Positions 19,613 to 29,892 of a stretch of 64,000 nucleotides of DNA are shown here, in pieces. The notes beneath the pieces were generated by a model. The model was not told the DNA's origin. It searched no databases and worked only from the letters and a program-made list of their open reading frames with translations. Made by a program: the position numbers and the translations under genes. The stretch spans positions 7,360,001-7,424,000 of the forward strand of contig OY970303.1 of the NCBI GenBank assembly GCA_963716255.1, given 5' to 3'. Source of the stretch: an uncultured Gemmatimonadales bacterium. Its GTDB lineage: Bacteria; Gemmatimonadota; Gemmatimonadetes; Longimicrobiales; Longimicrobiaceae. Within the stretch, counting starts at the first letter, position 1; each line of letters opens with the position of its first letter.

Positions 19613-20911
19613 ATGCCTGAGCTCCGCCTCCTCCTCCGCGCGGCGCGTGCCTGCCCGGGCGCGCTGCCGCTCCTGCTCGCCGCCGCTTTCGCGGCGGCGC
19701 CGCCGGCCGCCGGCCCGGCCGGCGCGCAGCTCACGCTGCGCCTCGCCGCGGTGCCGGAGGGCACGCCGGCGGGCGCCGTCCACGTGGCCGGCACCTTCAA
19801 CCGCTGGAACCCCGCCGATCCCGCCTACCGGCTGGCGCGGCGGGGCGGGGCGTGGGAGATCACGCTCCCGGACTCGGTCCGCGGGCCTGTGGAGTTCAAG
19901 TTCACGCTGGGGTCGTGGGAGACCGTGGAGGTGGACTCCGCGGGCGGGGGCGTCGCCAACCGGAGGTTCGTGGCGCCGGCCGCGGGAGCCGCCACGTACG
20001 CCGGCGCCGTGGCCGCGTGGCGCGACCCGCGGTCGGCGCCGCGCCCCGCGTCCACCGCCACCCGCTCGGTGTCGGTGCTGGACACCGCGTTCGCCATGCC
20101 GGAGCTGGGGCGCAGGCGCCGGGTGTGGATCTACCTCCCGCCCGGCTACGCCACCTCCGGCAGGCGCTACCCCGTGCTCTACGTGCACGACGGGCAGAAC
20201 GTGTTCGACGCCGCCACCGCCTTCGCCGGCGAGTGGGGGGTGGACGAGTCGCTGGACAGCCTGCAGGCCCTGGGCGATCCCGGGGCCATCGTGGTGGCGG
20301 TGGACCACGGCGGCGAGCGCCGGCTGGACGAGTACTCGCCCTGGACCCACCCGCGGCACGGCGGCGGCCAGGGCGACGCGTACGTGGACTTCCTCGCCCA
20401 CACGCTCAAGCCCTACGTGGACCGGCGCTTCCGCACCCGTCCCGGCCGCGGGAGCACCGCCGTGGCGGGATCGAGCATGGGCGGGCTGATCTCGCTGTAC
20501 GCCGCGCTTCGCCACCCGGACGTGTTCGGGCGGGCCGCCGTCTTTTCGCCGTCGCTCTGGTTCGCGGCGGACTCCGTGCTCGCCCTCGCCCGCCGGTCGG
20601 GCCCGCCCCGCCCCGGCACCCGCATCTACATCGTCACCGGCGCGCGGGAGGGAGACACCCCCGAGGCATACGTCCGCGACCACCGCGCCCTGGTGGACAC
20701 GCTCGCGGCCGCCGGCTTCGCAGCGGGGCGCGAGGTGGAGGCGCACGTCCGCGCCGACGGCACCCACTCCGAGTGGTTCTGGCGGCGCGAGTTCCCGGCC
20801 GCGTACCGGTTCCTGTTCGGCGGCGTGCGGGAGCCGCCCCGCCCGCGCATCCCGCTCCGCAAGGACGCCGGCGGCGCCGGTCGGGACGACGCGCCGGCAG
20901 ACCCCGCTTGA
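19613..20911 (+). CDS. Secreted alpha/beta hydrolase (esterase) with N-terminal CBM-like domain
   Basis: Signal-like N-terminus; VAGTFNRWNP...EFKFTLGSWETVE; YPVLYVHDGQN; GSSMGG; H in GTHSE. Confidence 0.82.
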   Translation: MPELRLLLRAARACPGALPLLLAAAFAAAPPAAGPAGAQLTLRLAAVPEGTPAGAVHVAGTFNRWNPADPAYRLARRGGAWEITLPDSVRGPVEFKFTLGSWETVEVDSAGGGVANRRFVAPAAGAATYAGAVAAWRDPRSAPRPASTATRSVSVLDTAFAMPELGRRRRVWIYLPPGYATSGRRYPVLYVHDGQNVFDAATAFAGEWGVDESLDSLQALGDPGAIVVAVDHGGERRLDEYSPWTHPRHGGGQGDAYVDFLAHTLKPYVDRRFRTRPGRGSTAVAGSSMGGLISLYAALRHPDVFGRAAVFSPSLWFAADSVLALARRSGPPRPGTRIYIVTGAREGDTPEAYVRDHRALVDTLAAAGFAAGREVEAHVRADGTHSEWFWRREFPAAYRFLFGGVREPPRPRIPLRKDAGGAGRDDAPADPA

Positions 20912-20944
20912 TGGCATAGACCCGACCCCCCGAAAAGGACCGCC

Positions 20945-22591
20945 ATGCGCCGTTCCGTCCTCGCCCCGCTCTGCGCCGCCCTGCTCGCGTCCGCCGCCGC
21001 CCACGCGCAGCAGCAGGGGGCGCGCCCTCCCGTCGCGCCCGCCGCGGCCTCCTGGACCCCGGGCGCGACCTGCTACGAGGTGTTCGTGCGCTCCTTCTTC
21101 GACAGCGACGGCGACGGGGTGGGCGACCTCGACGGGCTCATCCGGAAGCTGGACTACATCAACGACGGCACCCCGGCGTCGACCGGTGACCTGGGCGCCC
21201 GCTGCATCTGGCTGATGCCGGTGGCGGCGTCGCCCAGCTACCACGGCTACGACGTGACGGACTACTACCGCGTCAACCCGGAGTACGGCACCAACGACGA
21301 CTTCAAGCGGCTGGTGGCCGAGGCGCACCGGCGCGGCATCCGCGTGCTGGTGGACATGGTGCTGAACCACTCGTCCAGCGAGCACCCCTTCTTCAAGCAC
21401 GCCGCGCTCTACACCGACTCGCCGTACCGCGACTGGTACCTGTGGCAGCCGCGGCACCCCGGGGTCAAAAACCCGTGGGGCTCGGACAACTGGCACGCGG
21501 CGCCGCTGCGGGGCGAGTACTACTTCGGCCTGTTCTGGAGCGGGATGCCGGACCTCAACGTGGAGAACCCCGAGGTGGTGCGGGAGACCAGGCGGATCGC
21601 GACGTTCTGGATCGACAGCATGGGGGTGGACGGGTTCCGGCTGGACGCCATCCGACACCTAGTGGAGGCGGACACCGGGCGTCAGGTGCAGAACCTCCCC
21701 GGCACGCACGTCTTCCTGCGCGACTACGCCGCGCACGTCCGCAGCGTCGATCCCCAGGCGTTCACCATCGGCGAGGTGTGGGACAGCACGGGCGCGATGC
21801 TCGCCTACTACCCCGACCAGCTCGACGCGCACTTCGCCTTCGAGGTGTCGGACTCCATCGTGAGCGCGGTGAAGACCGGCTCGGCCCGGGGCCTGCTCCC
21901 GCCCGTCCTGCGGCTGCAGCGCGAGCTGCCGGCGAACCGGTATTCGCCGTTTCTCCGCAATCACGACCAGACCCGCACCGTCACGGCGCTCGGCGGCGAC
22001 CCGGCCCGCGCCCGGGTGGCGGCCACCCTGCTTCTGACCCTCCCCGGCCTGCCTTTCGTCTACTACGGCGAGGAGATCGGGATGAGCGGCGACAAGCCGG
22101 ACCCGCGCCTGCGCACGCCCATGCAGTGGAGCGGCGGCCCGGCCGCCGGCTTCACCCGCGGCGTGGCCTGGGAGCCCCTGCAGCCGGATTCGCTCACGGC
22201 CAACGTGGAGGCCCAGGAGCGCGACCCCGGCTCGCTCCTCAACCTGCACCGCCGCCTGATCCACCTGCGCGCCGAGAACCCCGCGCTCGCCACCGGCGAG
22301 CTGGTGCCGCTCACGGCGAGCAGCGGCGCGGTGGCGGCGTACCTGCGCCGCGAGGGCGGACGCGCGGTGCTGGTGGTCGCCAACCTGGGCGCGGCGCCGC
22401 TTTCCCGCGTGACCCTGGCCTCTGCCGACGGCGCGCTCCCGGCGGGCCGCTACACGGTGCGCAGCCTGCTCGGCGGGCCGGGCGGCGCCGCGCTGACGGT
22501 GGGCGGGGACGGGCGCATCCGGGGATATGCCCCGTTCCGCGCGCTGGGGCCGCTGGAAAGCCACGTGCTGGAGCTTTCCGGCGGGCGGTGA
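20945..22591 (+). CDS. GH13 alpha-amylase family glycoside hydrolase
   Basis: Signal peptide; DSDGDGVGD, YHGYDVTDY, DMVLNH, DGFRLDA, GEVW, NHDQ, YYGEEIG. Confidence 0.93.
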   Translation: MRRSVLAPLCAALLASAAAHAQQQGARPPVAPAAASWTPGATCYEVFVRSFFDSDGDGVGDLDGLIRKLDYINDGTPASTGDLGARCIWLMPVAASPSYHGYDVTDYYRVNPEYGTNDDFKRLVAEAHRRGIRVLVDMVLNHSSSEHPFFKHAALYTDSPYRDWYLWQPRHPGVKNPWGSDNWHAAPLRGEYYFGLFWSGMPDLNVENPEVVRETRRIATFWIDSMGVDGFRLDAIRHLVEADTGRQVQNLPGTHVFLRDYAAHVRSVDPQAFTIGEVWDSTGAMLAYYPDQLDAHFAFEVSDSIVSAVKTGSARGLLPPVLRLQRELPANRYSPFLRNHDQTRTVTALGGDPARARVAATLLLTLPGLPFVYYGEEIGMSGDKPDPRLRTPMQWSGGPAAGFTRGVAWEPLQPDSLTANVEAQERDPGSLLNLHRRLIHLRAENPALATGELVPLTASSGAVAAYLRREGGRAVLVVANLGAAPLSRVTLASADGALPAGRYTVRSLLGGPGGAALTVGGDGRIRGYAPFRALGPLESHVLELSGGR

Positions 22592-22658
22592 GCCCCGGGT
22601 GCGGGCTGACGCCGCACGGACCTTATCCCGCATCGCACATTCAGACCGGAGGATTCCC

Positions 22659-23069
22659 GTGGCCGCGACAGAATCGTCCAGAGCGGCGGCGAACTTTTTC
22701 GAGGGCGTCACGCCGATCCTGAGGGTGCGGGAGCTGGCGGCCAGCGTCCGGCACTACGTGGAGGTGCTGGGCTTCCGGGTGGACTGGACGGACGAGGGGA
22801 TGGTGTCGGTGTCGCGGGACCGCTGTTCCCTCATGCTGTGCGAGAGGGCGCAGGGGAATCCCGGCACGTGGGTGTGGATCGGGGTGGAGGACGCGGGCGC
22901 GCTCCACGCCGAGTACCGGGCGAGCGGCGCCGTCATCCGCCTGGAGCCGACCGATTTCCCGTGGGCGTACGAGATGCATGTGACGGATCCGGACGGCCAC
23001 GTGCTGCGCTTCGGCTCGGAGCCGCGGGCGGATGCGCAGCCCGGGAGCCGGGCCGTGTCGTGGGACTGA
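22659..23069 (+). CDS. VOC/glyoxalase-bleomycin resistance family protein
   Basis: PILRVREL...YVEVLGF...DPDGHVLRF; GGAGGA RBS before GTG. Confidence 0.85.
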   Translation: MAATESSRAAANFFEGVTPILRVRELAASVRHYVEVLGFRVDWTDEGMVSVSRDRCSLMLCERAQGNPGTWVWIGVEDAGALHAEYRASGAVIRLEPTDFPWAYEMHVTDPDGHVLRFGSEPRADAQPGSRAVSWD

Positions 23070-23127
23070 CGCTCGCGGCCAGACCGATGGTCGGTCGGCG
23101 ATCCGGCTCCGGAGCGGAGAACCGCGC

Positions 23128-23679
23128 ATGGCGGGCGTGATCCTCACGCCGGTGAGCGAGCTGATGCCGCGGGCCGAGCGCACGCTCGGCCGGGTGATGG
23201 CGCGGCTGCGGGCGCTGGCCCCGGACGCCGGGCTGCACCACATCGGCGCTACGGCGCTGCCCGGGGCGCTCACCAAGGGGGACGTGGACGTGCTGGTCCG
23301 GGTGGCGCCGGCGAAGTTCCCAGCGGTGGTGGACGTTTTGGGGCTGCACTTCGCCGTGAAGCAGCCGGCCAACTGGACGCCTTCGTTCGCCAGCTTCGGC
23401 GACGACGACGGCCACGAGCTGCCGCTGGGGATCCAGGTCGTCGTGGAGGGCGGCGCCGAGGACATCTTCCTCTTCCTCCGCGACCACTTCATCTCCAATC
23501 CCGGCGCGCTGGCCGAGTACGACCGCCTGAAGACGGCCCACGCGCCCGACGGTGCGGAGGCGTACTGGCGGGCGAAGGCCGCGTACCTGGGGAGCATCCT
23601 GGAGGGCAGGGAAGCGCGCGCCTCCGTCCCGGACCGGGACGGCCCGCCGGGCGCCGACCGCTCCCCACCCGCACCGTAG
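23128..23679 (+). CDS. GrpB family nucleotidyltransferase-fold protein
   Basis: HIGATALPGALTKGDVD, LRDH, YDRLK, YWRAKA. Confidence 0.8.
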   Translation: MAGVILTPVSELMPRAERTLGRVMARLRALAPDAGLHHIGATALPGALTKGDVDVLVRVAPAKFPAVVDVLGLHFAVKQPANWTPSFASFGDDDGHELPLGIQVVVEGGAEDIFLFLRDHFISNPGALAEYDRLKTAHAPDGAEAYWRAKAAYLGSILEGREARASVPDRDGPPGADRSPPAP

Positions 23680-23689
23680 GAGGCGACGC

Positions 23690-24055
23690 ATGATCCGGCT
23701 CGCGATCCCCGTGCTGCACGTGTCCAGCTCCGCCGCGGCGGAGGCGTTCTACGCCGGGCTCGGCTTCCGCGCGCTGTGGGCGTACCGCCCCGACGAGTCG
23801 CTGGCCGACCCGTGCTACATGGGCGTGGCGCGCGACGGGGTGACGCTGCACCTCTCGTCGTTCTCGGGGGACGGTGTCGCGGGGGGCGTCGTCTTCCTGC
23901 TCGTCGACGACGTGGACGCGCTGCACGCGGAACTCGTGGGGCGGGGGGTGCCCATCGCCCTCGCGCCGACGGACCAGACCTGGGGCAACCGCGAGATGTA
24001 CGTGAAGGACACGGACGGCAACAGTATCCGCTTCGCGCAGGAGGGCGGGGGCTAG
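23690..24055 (+). CDS. VOC/glyoxalase superfamily protein
   Basis: IPVLHV...AFYAGLGF, DQTWGNREMYVKDTDGNSIRF; AGGAGG RBS. Confidence 0.85.
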   Translation: MIRLAIPVLHVSSSAAAEAFYAGLGFRALWAYRPDESLADPCYMGVARDGVTLHLSSFSGDGVAGGVVFLLVDDVDALHAELVGRGVPIALAPTDQTWGNREMYVKDTDGNSIRFAQEGGG

Positions 24056-24201
24056 GCTGCCGTTAATCGTAACCAATGCAATGCCGTCCCAGTACTCCGC
24101 ACGTTTTTGGCCGTACGGAAACCTCGTCACTTGGGCTAAGTTTCTCTGCGAGTGTCAAGGGGCAACTCTCTCGATGAATTTCACCTAACAGGAATTACTT
24201 C

Positions 24202-26706
24202 ATGGATAGGAAGTTCAACCCCTGGGCGAAGAACGCTAAAGACGCACAGAAACCAGAGGAGATCGCGGAAGAGCGAATCGCGCAATGGCGCCGTGGAGTG
24301 AAGGCGTTGGCTAATAGGTATTTCAAGCCAGATCTGAAATTGAATAATCTCGGGCTCAAAACGGTGCCGGTTAGCCTGCGCGCGGTTCCAAGGCTCAGAA
24401 TCCTGAATCTTTCTGATAATAAGATCCAGGAATTACCTGAGTGGATCGGGGAACTTTCGGTTGACTTTCTCAATCTCTCGGGGAATCAAATTAGAAGCTT
24501 ACCCGAAAGCATCGGGACAAGTGGAATCACGTTTTTATTGCTGCACCGTAATCGCCTTGAAGTGCTTCCGCAGGTACTTCGGACAATGCCTCGGCTTGAG
24601 TTGCTAGGTCTCCTTGGGAACCCAGGCTTGGGCATTCCAGATAGCATTTTAGATCATGGACACTCCGACACTATCCTTCAGTATTATTTTGAAACTCGAA
24701 ACGAAAAGGGGCACCCGCTACTCGAATTGAAGCTTCTACTCGTCGGCCGCGGGAAAGCGGGAAAGACATCACTCGTGAAGCGCCTTGCCGACGAAGAACC
24801 TGACGAAAGAGAGTCGGAAACACACTCGATAGCGATTCGTGAACTGGTGTTTGGATGTCCACGCGGCAAGGTACGAACGCGAGCCTGGGATTTTGGTGGG
24901 CAGGAAATCCTTCATTCGACGCACCAGTTCTTTCTCTCCGAGCGCAGTCTTTACCTGCTGGTGCTGGAGCCGCGCAGCGACCTGGCGCAGCGTGACGCGG
25001 AATACTGGCTGAAGTTGATCGAGACGCAGGGCGGAGGCTCGCCGGTGATCGTGGTCATGAACTGGAGCCACGATCGTCGATGGAGGGTCGACGAGGTGAA
25101 GCTGCGGCGGAAGTTCCCGTTCATCGTCGGCTTCATCTCGACGGATGCGCTGCATGGTGATGGGATCGACGAACTGCGGAGCACGATCCTCCAGACCGTT
25201 GAGGAGCGGATGCCCGACGTATGGCTCCCGTTCCCGCTCCGCTGGCGCACGGTCAAGGATGAAGTCGCCGGCATGAGCGACAATTTCCTCACCTATGATC
25301 AGTACACGGCGCTGTGTGCCGAGTATGGGGAGATCGATCCGGATTCGCAGGCCGCCCTCGCGGAAATCCTGCACGCGCTTGGCCTTGCACTATACTTCGG
25401 CAAGGACCCGCGGCTCCACGATACTCGGGTGCTCAACCCAGGCTGGGTAACCGGCGGGGTGTACGCCGTGATCCGCGCGCCCTCGGTGGCGGAGAACGAC
25501 GGGCAACTCGCCGTGGGCGACATGCCCCGCGTGCTGCGGGAGGCGGAGGCCGAGAACGTCGTGAACGCGGCCGACTACCCGCCTGAGACCCACCCGTTCA
25601 TCTTGGAGCTGATGCGTGCCTTCCAGCTCTGCTTCGCGAGCGAGGAAGAACCCGGTGAGGCATTGGAGCCGGCCAGACCCGTGCGCTACCTCGTCCCGGA
25701 GCTGCTGCCGGAGTTCGAGCCGGAGATGCCGGAGCCGTGGGACGAGGCGCCGGTCCGCCTGCGCTACACCTACGAAGTCCTGCCGCCCGGGCTGCTCCCC
25801 CGCTTCATCGTGCGTACCCATGCGCTGAGTGACGGCGCGCCGCACTGGCGCCACGGCGTAGTGCTGCGCCACGGCGACGCCTCGGCGCTGATCCGCGAGG
25901 AGTCGGACCGGCCGGAGCTGTACGTGTTCGTGCTCGGCGGCGACGACGACACGCGGCGCGTCCTGGTCGCCATGGTGCGCAACGAGCTGCAGGCGCTCCA
26001 CCGCGAGATGAAGATGGAGCCGGTGGAGGACCTGGAGCTGACCGGCGAGGCCGAGCGCTGGATCGGCGTCGAGGCGTTGCGCGACTTCGACGAGCCCCAG
26101 GCACCGACGAAGAAGCTGCCGGTCCTGCCCCAGGGAACGGCGGACGTGAACGTACCTCGCGAACTCGACAAGCTGGAGCCTGCCGAGACCCGGGCGATCG
26201 ATCGCGATCCGACCACGGCGCCCATCCCGGTGCGAGTTTTCGTGAGCTTTGCACACGACGACGAGCGGCAGCTCAAGCGCCTCGATGCGATGCTCGACGT
26301 GCTGGAACAGCAGCACGGGCTGGTGTCGTGGCGCGACAAGCGGCTCATCGCGGGCGAGGAATGGGACGAGGAGATCCGGCGGCGATTGGAGGAGATGGAC
26401 ATCTTCCTGTTCATCGCGAGCCAGACGTCGCTCGTGCGCCCGTACATCAAGGATCCGGAGATCAAGCGCGCCCGAGAACGCAAAGCGGAAGACGGTGTCG
26501 AGATCGTGACCGTGAAGCTGGAGCCCTGCGCTGCGGACGAAGATCCCTTCCTGGGCAAGCTCCAGCGGCTTGCACCGAAGTACAGCAGCATCGCAGAAAC
26601 GAAGCTCAGGTCTGTGGCGTGGGAACAGGTGCGAAAGGACCTGCTGCCCGTGATCGCCCGCGTGCGCGAGAAGAAGAAAAAGGCAGCCCGGCAGCGGGGA
26701 CCATGA
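24202..26706 (+). CDS. Roco protein: LRR-Roc GTPase-COR-TIR
   Basis: About 5 LRRs (LNLSDNKIQELP); P-loop GRGKAGKTS; WDFGGQ; COR (LHALG..LYF, VLNPGWVT, LLPRFIVR); C-terminal TIR VFVSFAHDD...AGEEWDEEI. Confidence 0.9.
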   Translation: MDRKFNPWAKNAKDAQKPEEIAEERIAQWRRGVKALANRYFKPDLKLNNLGLKTVPVSLRAVPRLRILNLSDNKIQELPEWIGELSVDFLNLSGNQIRSLPESIGTSGITFLLLHRNRLEVLPQVLRTMPRLELLGLLGNPGLGIPDSILDHGHSDTILQYYFETRNEKGHPLLELKLLLVGRGKAGKTSLVKRLADEEPDERESETHSIAIRELVFGCPRGKVRTRAWDFGGQEILHSTHQFFLSERSLYLLVLEPRSDLAQRDAEYWLKLIETQGGGSPVIVVMNWSHDRRWRVDEVKLRRKFPFIVGFISTDALHGDGIDELRSTILQTVEERMPDVWLPFPLRWRTVKDEVAGMSDNFLTYDQYTALCAEYGEIDPDSQAALAEILHALGLALYFGKDPRLHDTRVLNPGWVTGGVYAVIRAPSVAENDGQLAVGDMPRVLREAEAENVVNAADYPPETHPFILELMRAFQLCFASEEEPGEALEPARPVRYLVPELLPEFEPEMPEPWDEAPVRLRYTYEVLPPGLLPRFIVRTHALSDGAPHWRHGVVLRHGDASALIREESDRPELYVFVLGGDDDTRRVLVAMVRNELQALHREMKMEPVEDLELTGEAERWIGVEALRDFDEPQAPTKKLPVLPQGTADVNVPRELDKLEPAETRAIDRDPTTAPIPVRVFVSFAHDDERQLKRLDAMLDVLEQQHGLVSWRDKRLIAGEEWDEEIRRRLEEMDIFLFIASQTSLVRPYIKDPEIKRARERKAEDGVEIVTVKLEPCAADEDPFLGKLQRLAPKYSSIAETKLRSVAWEQVRKDLLPVIARVREKKKKAARQRGP

Positions 26707-26731
26707 CGGCGCTCTGGGCGCCTCACCCGCG

Positions 26732-28468
26732 TCACCGGTTCACGAGCAGCGATCCTCCCTCCACCGAGCATCCCGCAGTCGCCGCGGCGGCCCTGTCCCC
26801 CACGCTGTCGCACGCCCGCCGACGCATGCCGCCCTCCTGCGCCAGCAGCGCCAGCGCGACCCCGTTGGTCCACCCGAAGCCGTCCTGCGTCGGGTACTCC
26901 CCGCCGCCCGCCGCCCGCGCGGGGTCCCCCACGTCGTACTTCTCCGTCATCTTCCCCGTCGCGCGGTAGGTGCGCCGATTGAGCGCCAGCCAGCGCGCGC
27001 GGGCCGTGTCCGCCAGGTCGGCGCGGCCGTAGCGGCGCACCCCCTCCATGGCCAGCCACTGCAGCGGCGGCCACCCGTTGGGCGCGTCCCATTGCTGGCC
27101 GGAGGCGATCCCCGTGGTCACGAACCCGCCCGCCCGGAGGAAGTCGCGCTCCAGGCGGGCGGCCGTCCTGCGCCCCTGCTCCGCCGTGGCGAGCCCGAAG
27201 TAGAGCGGGGCCGCCGCCGCCAGGGTGGGGCGGTCCGCCACGCGCTCGCCGCTCCGCCAGCGCACGTCGTAGAAGAAGCCGGAGGCCGGGTCGTACGCGG
27301 CGGCGAGCAGCGCCGTCCTGCGCGCCGATGCCGCGCGGTCGAAACGCGCCGCCGCCTCCGCGTCGCCCGGCCGGCCGCGGAACCGGCGGAGCGCGGCGAT
27401 GGTGCGCTCCGCGTGGTACAGCAGGCTGTTCAGGTCCACGGGCGCCAGCTCCGTCGTTTCCAGCGTGCGCAGGTCGCGCGGGTCGCGCATCCAGCGGCTG
27501 GAAAAGTCCCAGCCGCTCTCCGCCGCCGCGCGCACCTCGCGGTAGAGCGCCTCGCGCCGGCCGGCGGGAAGCGTCTGCGCCAGCGCGTAGTCCTCGCGGT
27601 ACGACTCCGGGCGGGGCTCCGGCCGGTCGTCCCAGTAGCGGTTCAGGAGCGCGCCGCCGGGGAGGCGCACCACGCGGCGGTGCGCGGCGCCGGGAGCGAC
27701 CCGCTCCGCGCCCTCCATCCAGAAGGCGTGCTCCGCCTCCAGCGCGTCCAGGTAGCCGAGCACCCGGGCCGTGTCCGCGGCGCGCGCGTACAGCCCCACC
27801 ATCGCCGCCAGGAACGGCGGCTGGCTGCGGCTCAGGTAGTAGCTGCGGTTGCCGTTGGGGACGTGGCCGACGGTGCGCGCCAGGTGGGCGAAGTTGTCGA
27901 GCATGCTCCGCACCAGGTCCACGCGCCCGCTCTCCACCAGCCCCAGCATGGTGAAGTACGAGTCCCAGTAGTAGACCTCGCGGAAGCGCCCGCCGGGCAC
28001 CACGTACGCGTTCGGCAGCGGGACCAGAGACGAGCGGGGATCCGCGCGGTCCGGCGGGCGGGTGAGGGCGGGCCAGAGCGCGCGGACGTGCGCCTCCATG
28101 GGGCGCGAAGTGTCCGCGCGGACCCCCTCGCCGGCCGGGCGGGGGAGCTCGAAGCGGCGCTCCACGAACGCCTTCAGGTCCAATCCGCCCCGTTCCCGGG
28201 CCGCCGCGTACCGCGCCGCGATCTCCGCCGGCGGCGCGAGCGGGCGGGCGTCCACGAAGGTCTTGGAGTCCGGGAAGATCCCCGCCGTCTGCACGTCGTG
28301 GAAGAGCGGGCCCAGGTCGCGCGAGGGATCGTAGCGCGCGGCGTCCGCGGCGGGCCCGGAGGGTGTAGCGGCGGCCGGGGCGCCGCTCCCGCACCCGGCC
28401 GCCAGGAGGAGCGCCGCGGCGAGCCCGAAGGCGCCCGCCGCGGCGCGTCCGCGGGGCCGCAGCGTCAC
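26732..28468 (-). CDS. treA: Alpha,alpha-trehalase (GH37), probable lipoprotein
   Basis: DSKTFVD, PGGRFREVYYWDSY, RSQPP, AAESGWDFS, QWDAPNGWPP, QDGFGWTNG; lipobox-like AAGC; GTG overlaps the MFS stop. Confidence 0.93.
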   Translation of the reverse strand: MTLRPRGRAAAGAFGLAAALLLAAGCGSGAPAAATPSGPAADAARYDPSRDLGPLFHDVQTAGIFPDSKTFVDARPLAPPAEIAARYAAARERGGLDLKAFVERRFELPRPAGEGVRADTSRPMEAHVRALWPALTRPPDRADPRSSLVPLPNAYVVPGGRFREVYYWDSYFTMLGLVESGRVDLVRSMLDNFAHLARTVGHVPNGNRSYYLSRSQPPFLAAMVGLYARAADTARVLGYLDALEAEHAFWMEGAERVAPGAAHRRVVRLPGGALLNRYWDDRPEPRPESYREDYALAQTLPAGRREALYREVRAAAESGWDFSSRWMRDPRDLRTLETTELAPVDLNSLLYHAERTIAALRRFRGRPGDAEAAARFDRAASARRTALLAAAYDPASGFFYDVRWRSGERVADRPTLAAAAPLYFGLATAEQGRRTAARLERDFLRAGGFVTTGIASGQQWDAPNGWPPLQWLAMEGVRRYGRADLADTARARWLALNRRTYRATGKMTEKYDVGDPARAAGGGEYPTQDGFGWTNGVALALLAQEGGMRRRACDSVGDRAAAATAGCSVEGGSLLVNR

Positions 28469-29892
28469 GACGGGCGGGAGCCCGGCTCGTCCACCAGCCC
28501 GGTGCTGGGGACCGGCTGCACCGAGCCCTGCAGGGTCAGCAGCCCGTGCTCGTCCGCGTCGATCACCGCAGCCTCCGGCACGTCGCGGTCGCCCACGTCG
28601 TCCACGATCATCACCAGCGCGGCCGCGGCCAGCAGCGACACCCCGCCGATCATCACCATGTACAGCGACGCGTCGGGGTTGGACTCGCCGAACAGGGAGC
28701 GGATGATGGGCCCGAAGGTGAGCGCCGCCAGGATCTCGGGGATCACGATGAAGAAGTTGAACACGCCCATGTAGACGCCCATCCGGTGCGGGGGCAGCGC
28801 GCCGGCCAGGATGGCGAAGGGCATGGACAGGATGGACGCCCAGGCGATCCCCACGCCCACCATCGTCAGCAGCAGCAGGTAGCGGTCGTGGATGCCGTAC
28901 ACGCTCAGCAGCCCCACGCCGCCGCACACCAGCGCGAGCGCGTGCGTGGCCTTGCGGCTGGTGGCCGCCGCCAGCCGGGGGAGCGCGAACGCCACGGCGA
29001 AGCAGGTGACGGAGTACACCGCGAACGTCAGCCCGCCCCACTCGATCCCCCGGGCGTACAGCGTCGAGTCCGGGTCCGTGGCGCCGAACACGTGCCGCGC
29101 CACGGTGGGCACGAAGAACATCCACATGCAGAACAGCCCCAGCCAGGTGAAGAACTGCACCACGGCCAGCTGCTTCATGGTCCGCGGCATCTCGCGGATG
29201 GCGCCGCCGATCTCGCCCAGGAGCGCCGCCGGCCCGCTGCGGCCGCGCCGCTCTCGCTCGAAGGCGGCCATGTCCTCGGGCGGGTGCTCGGTGGTGGTGA
29301 ACACCGTCCACAGCACCGCCAGCAGGAACACCGCCGCGCCCACCTGGAAGCTGTAGTACACGGTCAGCGGGATGCCGCTCGCCGTGCTCCCCGTCACCCC
29401 CGTCGCGCCGAACAGGAAGGGCAGCGCGTTGGCGAGGCTGGCGCCCACCCCGATGAAGAACGACTGCATCACGAAGCCGGAGGTGCGCTGGCTCGCGGGT
29501 AGCTTGTCGGCCACGAAGGCGCGGAACGGCTCCATGCTGACGTTGATGGAGGCGTCCAGGATCCAGAGCAGCCCCGCCGCCATCCACAGCGCGCTCGACG
29601 TGGGCATGAAGAAGAGCGCGACCGAGGCCAGGATGGCGCCCACCAGGAAGTACGGCCGCCGCCGCCCCAGCCGGCCCCAGGTGCGGTCGCTCAGCGCGCC
29701 CACGATGGGCTGCACCAGGAGCCCCGTGACCGGGGCCGCGAGCCAGAGCAGCGGCACCTCGTCCGGCCGCGCCCCCAGCCGCTCGTACACCGCGGACATG
29801 TTGGCGAGCTGCAGCCCCCAGCCGAACTGGATGCCGAGGAAGCCGAAGCTCATGTTGAACATCTCGCGGAAGCTGAGGCGCGGTTTCTCCAT
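28465..29892 (-). CDS. MFS sugar transporter (maltose/sucrose SLC45-like)
   Basis: [48 protein letters not shown]. Confidence 0.9.
   Translation of the reverse strand: MEKPRLSFREMFNMSFGFLGIQFGWGLQLANMSAVYERLGARPDEVPLLWLAAPVTGLLVQPIVGALSDRTWGRLGRRRPYFLVGAILASVALFFMPTSSALWMAAGLLWILDASINVSMEPFRAFVADKLPASQRTSGFVMQSFFIGVGASLANALPFLFGATGVTGSTASGIPLTVYYSFQVGAAVFLLAVLWTVFTTTEHPPEDMAAFERERRGRSGPAALLGEIGGAIREMPRTMKQLAVVQFFTWLGLFCMWMFFVPTVARHVFGATDPDSTLYARGIEWGGLTFAVYSVTCFAVAFALPRLAAATSRKATHALALVCGGVGLLSVYGIHDRYLLLLTMVGVGIAWASILSMPFAILAGALPPHRMGVYMGVFNFFIVIPEILAALTFGPIIRSLFGESNPDASLYMVMIGGVSLLAAAALVMIVDDVGDRDVPEAAVIDADEHGLLTLQGSVQPVPSTGLVDEPGSRPS

Noticed and set aside
22659..24055. VOC-GrpB-VOC cluster as an antibiotic-resistance cassette or integron array
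   Set aside because: No integrase or attC-like sites seen; these families are common and functionally broad
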